Part shown: positions 6,360-12,400 of the stretch, in pieces
How the letters are laid out: each line of letters begins with the position of its first letter
Numbering within the stretch: position 1 is the first letter of the stretch
DNA from: a virus
Taxonomy: Duplodnaviria; Heunggongvirae; Uroviricota; Caudoviricetes; Schitoviridae
Strand: one strand, 5' to 3'
Virus record (IMG/VR): IMGVR_UViG_3300028490_000001
Span: 1 to 14,676 of that record
DNA: 14,676 nucleotides
Position numbers and translations under genes: made by a program
Notes under the pieces: model-generated
What the model saw: the letters and a program-made list of their open reading frames with translations, nothing else
Database searches by the model: none
Told to the model about the DNA's origin: nothing

Positions 6360-6436
6360 CGCATGTTAGCTCAGCCTGGTAGAGCACTGGTTTGAAGAAC
6401 CAGGTGTCCCTAGTTCAAATCTAGGACGTGCGACCA
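6360..6436 (+). tRNA. tRNA-Phe(GAA) by anticodon, with Pro-like body
   Basis: Acceptor CGCATGT/ACGTGCG; D-arm GCTC-AGCCTGGTA-GAGC; anticodon arm CTGGT-TT GAA GA-ACCAG; TTCAAAT; A73; CCA. Confidence 0.88.
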
Positions 6437-6446
6437 AGTAAAATGT

Positions 6447-6522
6447 TGTGGTATAGCTCAGTTGGTAGAGTAGCTCCCTGTTAAGGAGAAAGTCCCTGGT
6501 TCGAGCCCAGGTATCACAGCCA
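6447..6522 (+). tRNA. tRNA-Asn(GTT)
   Basis: U1-A72, G73; anticodon loop CT GTT AA; T-loop TTCGAGC; CCA. Confidence 0.93.
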
Positions 6523-6530
6523 AAAGAAAT

Positions 6531-6566
6531 GTTCACGTAGCTCAGTTGTTAGAGCATCGGATTCCT
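6531..6566 (+). tRNA. 5' half of an interrupted tRNA (Trp-CCA or Arg-CCT)
   Basis: GTTCACG TA GCTC-AGTTGTTA-GAGC A TCGGA TT CC(T); the anticodon stem TCGGA finds its partner TCCGA only at 6998-7002. Confidence 0.85.
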
Positions 6567-6592
6567 GACTTTAAGTCTATCGAGTGTATAAT
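6565..6592 (+). promoter_or_regulatory. Putative sigma70-type promoter for the HNH gene
   Basis: CTGACT (6565-6570), 16-nt spacer, perfect TATAAT (6587-6592), about 20 nt before ATG 6612. Confidence 0.45.
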
Positions 6593-6995
6593 ATATATAA
6601 AGGATTTTAGCATGGAAAGACAAATTAAAGACAGTGAGTTATATATAGAGAATTCAAAATCAGTAAGGTCACATGTTCGTAAAAGAATATTGAAAGATAA
6701 TCTTATACCATACAAGTGTAGCATTTGCAACTCACCTCCATCATGGAGAGGGGAACCAATGTCTTTAGTGTTGGACCATGAAAATGGTGTGAACAATGAC
6801 CACAGACTTAATAATCTAAGGTTCTTGTGTCCAAACTGTAACCATCAGCAACCAACTTATGCTGGAAAGAACAAAAAGCGTAGAGAAGATAAGTTATGTA
6901 TGGACTGTGAAAAAGTTATATACAAAACATCTACCAGATGCAATCGTTGTTCACAAAAGCGTAAATATATTGATGGAACATTCTCTAAATAAACA
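6567..6995 (+). mobile_element. 429-nt HNH cassette inserted in a tRNA anticodon loop
   Basis: Removing 429 nt restores a 7-nt anticodon loop and a full cloverleaf; the cassette is promoter-like leader + SD + HNH ORF + 3 nt. Confidence 0.8.
6612..6992 (+). CDS. HNH homing-type endonuclease with Zn-binding CxxC motifs (126 aa)
   Basis: CSIC...LDHENGVNNDHRLNNLRFLCPNCNH core plus C-terminal CMDC/CNRC; AAGGA SD before ATG 6612. The track start at 6546 lies inside the tRNA half. Confidence 0.9.
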   Translation: MERQIKDSELYIENSKSVRSHVRKRILKDNLIPYKCSICNSPPSWRGEPMSLVLDHENGVNNDHRLNNLRFLCPNCNHQQPTYAGKNKKRREDKLCMDCEKVIYKTSTRCNRCSQKRKYIDGTFSK

Positions 6996-7035
6996 AATCC
7001 GAAGGTCGAGGGTTAAACTCCTTCCGTGTTCGCCA
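6996..7035 (+). tRNA. 3' half of the interrupted tRNA
   Basis: AA TCCGA AGGTC GAGGG-TTAAACT-CCTTC CGTGTTC G CCA. Confidence 0.85.
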
Positions 7036-7043
7036 AAAAAGAA

Positions 7044-7131
7044 GGTTCAGTGTTAGAGCGGTTTATTATTCTTCCTTGCTAAGGAAGTGAGGTGAAAGCC
7101 TCCATTGGTTCGAATCCAATCTGAACCTCCA
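7044..7131 (+). tRNA. tRNA-Ser(GCT)
   Basis: GGTTCAG/CTGAACC; CTTCC-TT GCT AA-GGAAG; long variable arm GAGGT-GAAA-GCCTC; TTCGAAT; CCA. Confidence 0.93.
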
Positions 7132-7136
7132 CCTTT

Positions 7137-7211
7137 TCTCGATTAACTCAGCGGTAGAGTGCTTCCCCGATAAGGAAGATGTCACTGGTTCAAGTCCAGT
7201 ATCGAGTACCA
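7137..7211 (+). tRNA. tRNA-Ile(GAT)
   Basis: CTTCC-CC GAT AA-GGAAG (C33); T-arm ACTGG-TTCAAGT-CCAGT; A73; CCA; 1:72 mismatch. Confidence 0.88.
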
Positions 7212-7218
7212 AACATAT

Positions 7219-7293
7219 CGCGGGATAGAAGACTGGTAATTCGCTAGGCTCATAACCTAGAGTACGTTGGTTCGAATCCAACTCCCGCCACCA
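7219..7293 (+). tRNA. tRNA-Met(CAT), initiator-like
   Basis: CGCGGGA start with C1:C72 mismatch; loop CT CAT AA; only two of the three initiator G-C pairs (A29-U41); CCA. Confidence 0.9.
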
Positions 7294-7302
7294 CATTAAT
7301 TA

Positions 7303-7387
7303 TGAGCCATGTCCCTATTGAGGGAGTAAAGCAACAGGAGTGTACATTACTGTTGTATAGTAATTGTCAAAAGATTCATGGCTCACC
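7303..7387 (+). ncRNA. Four-way-junction tRNA-like element
   Basis: 9-bp closing stem TGAGCCATG/CATGGCTCA; arms TCCCT-ATTG-AGGGA and GCAACAG/CTGTTGT; T-like arm AATT-GTCAAAA-GATT; ends ACC(T). Confidence 0.5.
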
Positions 7388-7392
7388 TTAAC

Positions 7393-7469
7393 GGACAGGT
7401 AGCTCAGCTGGTTAGAGCACTCAGCTCATAACCGAGTGGTCGCAGGTTCAAGTCCTGTTCTGTCCACCA
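7393..7469 (+). tRNA. tRNA(CAT), probably Ile2 (lysidine), otherwise elongator Met
   Basis: GGACAGG/TCTGTCC; GCTC-AGCTGGTTA-GAGC; loop CT CAT AA; A73; CCA; overall resemblance to bacterial Ile2 tRNAs. Confidence 0.9.
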
Positions 7470-7495
7470 AAAAATATAAACAAACGGAGGTAAAT

Positions 7496-7732
7496 ATGAA
7501 AATAGTAACAAATCAAAAAGAATATCATGCATCTGTAAGAGCATATGATGAAAACTGTATTGGCTGTAAAAACAATAATTCTGATGTAATGTTATCAGTT
7601 CAAATTGGAAATATACGAGAACCACATCCAACATCTTCAATGTTTAATGATATATTTATGACAAACGAAGAAGCATTAGCTATATCGGATGAAATACAAA
7701 AACAAGTGAAGCAAAATAAAGAAACAAAATAA
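7496..7732 (+). CDS. Hypothetical protein (78 aa)
   Basis: GGAGG SD before ATG 7496. The track start at 7436 lies in a tRNA. Confidence 0.7.
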   Translation: MKIVTNQKEYHASVRAYDENCIGCKNNNSDVMLSVQIGNIREPHPTSSMFNDIFMTNEEALAISDEIQKQVKQNKETK

Positions 7733-7741
7733 AGGAATACT

Positions 7742-7849
7742 ATGTCATTCATTAAGTTTGTAAAAACAAATATGAGTAAAAAAGTTTATACCAAAATGTT
7801 TCCAGTACACATAGCCGACAATAGTGGAGTATATCACCTCATAAAATAA
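7742..7849 (+). CDS. 35-aa micro-ORF
   Basis: AAAGGA SD; MSFIKFVKTNMSKKVYTKMFPVHIADNSGVYHLIK. Confidence 0.45.
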   Translation: MSFIKFVKTNMSKKVYTKMFPVHIADNSGVYHLIK

Positions 7850-7852
7850 CAT

Positions 7853-7944
7853 GGGGGAGTATGAAATAGAATGGTAGAAATACCTTAGCAAGGGCGCAAG
7901 TCCCAGCTTGACTTCAGGTGGTTTGATTCCACCCTCCTCCACCA
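7853..7944 (+). ncRNA. 92-nt alanine-identity tRNA mimic (tmRNA TLD-like)
   Basis: Acceptor GGGGGAG/CTCCTCC with G3:U70, A73, CCA; T-arm GGTGG-TTTGATT-CCACC; interior has two GNRA hairpins instead of D and anticodon arms. Confidence 0.7.
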
Positions 7945-7997
7945 TTACAGAACCATCACATTCGAAAATGATGTTGGTTTATATAAAAGGGGCCCAT

Positions 7998-8654
7998 ATG
8001 GCATCAGTACTAGACACACTTGGAATATCTAAAGAGGTAATCGCACAAGTAGAGCCGGAAGAAGTTTACGAAGGTAGTACTTTACCTGCAGGACTATATA
8101 AAGTAGTTGTAGATAAAGCGTACATTAGAAAGACTGATTCAGGAGCTAACATGCTCGAAGTTGATTTCAAGATGGAAGACGGAACAGACTTTCACTATTC
8201 TACCTGTGTATTATCAGGAGATGAAAAAGGTAACAAGTCTACCTACACTTCAAAGCAAGGAAAAGAGGTTGCACTTCCAGGTGTAGTATCTTTAACAAAA
8301 TTCCTTACAGCGATAGATAGCGTAAAAGCTAATGCAATCGAAGGTGAAGTTGACCACAGAGGTAAAGGTAACATTAAAGCATTGTGCTTCGATGGACTTC
8401 AAGGTAAGGCACTATTAGTTGGTGTAAACCAAGAAGAAAGCTTCTATCAAGGTGATGTACTCATTAAGAATGACGTGAAGTATTGGCTAGATGAATCTGG
8501 TAAAAACTCTGCTGGTGAAGATTTGAAAGAAAAAGTAGAAGAATCACTAGAGAAGCACCCGCTTAAAAAGTTAAAACAAGCAGGTGGCAATACTCCTTCA
8601 GCAGGAGCAGGAGCCGGAGCAGGTAAATCTGCATCTTCAGAATCAGGCTGGTAA
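7998..8654 (+). CDS. ssb: Single-stranded DNA-binding protein, N4 gp45-like
   Basis: AY..K..SGAN and SGDEKGNKSTY...GKE..LPG resemble N4 SSB; Gly/Ala-rich tail; AAAGGGG SD before ATG 7998. The track start at 7908 lies in the ncRNA. Confidence 0.85.
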   Translation: MASVLDTLGISKEVIAQVEPEEVYEGSTLPAGLYKVVVDKAYIRKTDSGANMLEVDFKMEDGTDFHYSTCVLSGDEKGNKSTYTSKQGKEVALPGVVSLTKFLTAIDSVKANAIEGEVDHRGKGNIKALCFDGLQGKALLVGVNQEESFYQGDVLIKNDVKYWLDESGKNSAGEDLKEKVEESLEKHPLKKLKQAGGNTPSAGAGAGAGKSASSESGW

Positions 8655-8657
8655 CTC

Positions 8658-9236
8658 GTGCAGGAGAAAACAATACGATTTGTATTTGTTCCTCCTAGCT
8701 TCGGAAAAAAGAAACCCCAGCTAATAACACTTAACAACGTTACAAAGTGGTGGAAATTCGCAAAAACGAAGTTGAAAGACGAGTTCAAAACTGAACTATC
8801 GGAATGGCATTTGCCAGAATGGGGTGACAACCCCTATACCAAAGCCCAGATTGAATATACCATTCAACGAAAAGACGGTAAAAAAATCGACAGTGATAAT
8901 CTTGCGTTTCCCTATAAATGGCTACAAGACCTTTTGGTCGAGAACCAATATTTAGTGGATGACGACAAGATTCGAGTGGTTCTAAACCCAACCCTTCTAC
9001 ATGTGGAGGGGTCAGTAGAAACCTCTGTACTATGTAGAATTATATTATTTGAAAGGTACGAGATGACAATAGACGAACTTAGAGACACAGTTGCTAGCTT
9101 ACAGATTATGTTGCAAACGCAGATTGGCGAAGGACAACATGTGAAGTCAGCATCAGCAAAAGTAAGAAAATTACTTGGAGAGATTAAGAATGCTACGCCT
9201 CAACTGAGACGTGACCTCGTAGAGCTAGACAAGTAG
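8658..9236 (+). CDS. rusA: RusA-like Holliday junction resolvase with in-frame C-terminal Hc1-like domain
   Basis: KIDSDNLAFPYKWLQDLL...LVDDDKI matches the RusA D-x-D-N...K...D..DD catalytic pattern. Confidence 0.75.
   Translation: MQEKTIRFVFVPPSFGKKKPQLITLNNVTKWWKFAKTKLKDEFKTELSEWHLPEWGDNPYTKAQIEYTIQRKDGKKIDSDNLAFPYKWLQDLLVENQYLVDDDKIRVVLNPTLLHVEGSVETSVLCRIILFERYEMTIDELRDTVASLQIMLQTQIGEGQHVKSASAKVRKLLGEIKNATPQLRRDLVELDK
9063..9236 (+). CDS. Histone H1-like (Hc1 family) small protein, probable internal in-frame start (57 aa)
   Basis: GAAAGG SD 6 nt before ATG 9063; KSASAKVRKLLGEIK...LRRDL resembles the Hc1 core KAAA.RVR......K..RKE. Confidence 0.55.
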   Translation: MTIDELRDTVASLQIMLQTQIGEGQHVKSASAKVRKLLGEIKNATPQLRRDLVELDK

Positions 9237-9243
9237 ACATCAC

Positions 9244-9432
9244 ATGGAGTCCTGGATAAAAGTACTGTACATACTCGGTATGATTTCAGTCTTTATAGGC
9301 CTAGTCTCACTTGCAGTGTCTGTTGCCTTCATCTTAGCTCCGCTATTAGCGGTTGCTGCACTAGTTGCAGCTATCTTTGTACTCGTAAGGGAACATGAGA
9401 AGTCAAGCGAAAGAAGAAACAGACGAAAATAG
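9244..9432 (+). CDS. Small membrane protein (two TM segments, basic tail)
   Basis: About 40 continuous hydrophobic residues, then EHEKSSERRNRRK. Confidence 0.7.
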   Translation: MESWIKVLYILGMISVFIGLVSLAVSVAFILAPLLAVAALVAAIFVLVREHEKSSERRNRRK

Positions 9433-9441
9433 TCTATATAC

Positions 9442-9464
9442 AGAGCCCCTATAAAAGGGGTTCT
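9442..9464. terminator. Hairpin between convergent genes (possible bidirectional terminator or processing site)
   Basis: AGAGCCCCT-ATAAA-AGGGGTTCT in the 43-nt gap between stops; no clear U-tract. Confidence 0.55.
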
Positions 9465-9475
9465 AGTATGAAGAA

Positions 9476-12400
9476 TTATAATATTTGACCTATGGTCTGC
9501 TCTAAAAAGTCAGTAGGAATAATAGCATCCAATGTATCAGTGAACACTGGAGGCTCATTAAACATCACTCCTGCTTTTGAGAAGATATTGCTGTCAGCAT
9601 ATGTAGATACACTTAGGTCTAGTAGCTCTGACAATGCTAATCCACTTGCTATCTTAGCTGGATTGTCCTTTGCTATTGCGTACATAACTTTCTGTATTCT
9701 CATCCAAAATGAAGGGAATAAAAGTATTCCATAATCCGATGCAACTTTAACATTCTTTGGCATATTTACCTTGTAGTCGACAAAAGCTTCATTTACTTTT
9801 ATACCTATCTCTCCCTCAGTATATTCCTTCTTGGTTCTAGACTCTGCATCATAGTAGTCACGCTTGTTCATTAGATGTTTATATAGCGTATATTTTGATG
9901 CAACGTCAGCCATCTGAACCAGCCAAGAACCAAGTCTTACTGCTTCTGAATCAGGAGAAGCTATAAATTCAGATAAGTATCTAGCCATATCGCCATCCTC
10001 TTTCTTAGTTCTTATTCTTCCTGCAGACTCTTTAAGCTGAGTCGACACATTACTTCCAAATTCACCAAACATTTTAACACTGTCAAGATTGTTTGCTAAC
10101 CCATTCAATAAACTATCAACTTCCCATCCTGAATCAGCGAACCACTGAACAGCATCACTTACTGCAGTGGTATCTCCGTTTTCATCCTGAAGAACCCTAT
10201 TGAATATCTTCTCTACATCTTTTTGTAATCCAGCAACAACAGACTCGTCTTTTCTTAGAATATCAGTAGACATTGATTGAATCATACCAGAGTTTACAAG
10301 TGGTGCAAATGCATGGTCTGACATCTTTTTTTCAAGTCTAGCAAGTCTAGTTTCTGACACTTTTTTCTTCGCAGAATTGTCTGGCAGTGAATTGTTTGCC
10401 ATAACCTCGAATTTAAGTGCAACATATTCACTTCTCATTTTACTCATCTCTGCAGCAAGCGGTATTGCAGCTGCCTGGTCTTTAACCATATTTCCTACAG
10501 GAACACCGTATGCAGCAAGAATAACATTGTTTGATATTACATCAACAGCTATTTTCTGTGGATTTACTATTACCCAGTGTGTCTTAATCATAACAACACC
10601 CTGTCTTACTGCGTATGCTAGGGCCTTGAGTCTTGAGTTGTCTTCAAAGAACTCAGGGTCTCTGTATCCCATAATCATGTCACTAAGGTCTTTACGAACA
10701 AGGTCAAATGATTTGTCGAAATCACCTATACTTGATTTATATTCAGGAATCTTATATAGGTTTGCAATCTTTGGATTGCTTTCTAGGAATTCAGATGCTG
10801 TCATGTGAGGATACACATCTGGAAGCTTTATGAACCACGGTTGCTTTTCAGTATCCATCGTAGCAAGTCTAGTATTTAACTTTTTAATACCATCATATGT
10901 TGGAGTCGCTATTTTGTCTGACATCATTATATAATCTCTCGCGGCTTTAGTCTCATGTGCCATTAGCATTTGGGTATATGCTCTTGCAAGAGAATCTGCT
11001 GGATTACGAACCAAGTCATCAAATGTACTAAGCTCTTTTTCTGTCAGAACCACCTTATGATATGGGTTGTTTCCTCCATTATCTATAGATACTGCATTTC
11101 TAGCTGTCTCTTTTTTGATTCGCTCGTCAACCTTGATATCATTATATTTGAACTCTACAGTCGTACCTGTACCTTCCTGTCTTGTTACTTTACTTCTGTC
11201 TCTCCAGATGATGCCGTACTCGCCATCCTTTGGCTTTCTTAGTATCTTCCATCCTTTGTTTGCAGGATACTGGTCTCCAAATAGGTCTCTCTCGTCTACA
11301 GCTTTAAATTCTTTTGGATTCTCGAACTGTTCGTAGACCAAGTTCTCTCTGAAGCTATTCTTGTCTTGTGTTCCACCAAGTACAGCCTCAGACATTTCCT
11401 GAAGTCCTTTTGACAATGACGTTAATTGGTCAGATAGCTCTTGGTTCTCAGCCAATATTTTCATTCCGTTATATTTACCGTCTGTTGCTCGTAAAGCGAT
11501 AAGTGAAACCAATCTCTGTACTTGCTCTTTGGTTCCATCAGTTATAGCAAGTTGTTCTATATTGTATGGAATATCTGTTCCTGGAGCTTTCTTCTTAGCA
11601 AGTATGAGCCCTATGTTGTTTGCTTGTGTGATTCTTTTCTTAGATAGTCCATCCTCTAGCGATGTTATCATGTCATCAACAGTCTTGCTCATATTTTTGG
11701 ACTCAGTTATCTTTCTGAAGTCACCATACTTATTAACAAGGTGAAACATCGGAGTATATGCCATAGTTTTCTGCATATCGTGTATATCTGAATCAGTAAG
11801 TGCTTTCCCGTTAAGTGTAGCACTCTTTATAAGTTTATTTATCCCAGATATCACATCATCATTGAATTTTGTTACAGACTGCTCTGCTTTCAACTGAATG
11901 GTCTGCAGCTTATTTAGAGCAATTGTGTCTCCAGACCTAGCACTATCTACATATCCTTTGATTGCAGCTATGTCCTCATTTGAATCCCATATATTTACAA
12001 GTGAATCACGATTTCTCTTGTAAACAGGGAAATTATCCATAAGATATTCGTCAGCCATTATTAGACCAGTAATTGAATGTGGCTCTAGAAAGTTAGTTAA
12101 TAGCTCATGTGAGTATGTACCTGCTTTGTAGTTTATTGTCTGCCATGCTTCCTCCAGTGGAAGCTGACCTATGTTATCTGTTCTATCATATAGCTCTTGA
12201 CCTTTGTTATATGCAAGAGATTTGTCAAGTATTGCCTGAGCATCTGATTCTCTTGCACTAAGATTAGCTGTACCAGTTAATTTGTTCCTTGCTTTTTTAG
12301 CAACAGAACCATCATCTTTTTTATTGAAGTCGTTTCCTGCAGATATTATCTGAGACACGTTTGCTCTTAACTGAGCAAGTTCATTAATATCCTTACCAAG

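Noticed and set aside
6567-6995. Group I intron (as in alphaproteobacterial tRNA-Arg CCU introns inserted after U36)
   Set aside because: The insert ends in A or C rather than omega-G, and only ~48 nt lie outside the ORF; no P7 core seen.
6546-7997. Track start codons at 6546, 7436 and 7908, and ORF 6859-7056
   Set aside because: They begin inside RNA genes or overlap the HNH ORF; SD-supported ATGs exist at 6612, 7496 and 7998.
8594-8625. GCAGGA repeat
   Set aside because: Simply encodes the AGAGAGAG linker of the SSB tail.
224-9012. Minus-strand ORFs from the track (224-523, 558-752, 830-1024, 1064-1309, 1979-2200, 2197-2574, 4807-5007, 5589-5798, 6542-6796, 7066-7296, 7404-7640, 7745-7945, 8447-8830, 8785-8991)
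   Set aside because: Antisense shadows of better-supported + strand genes or tRNAs; no SD or motifs.
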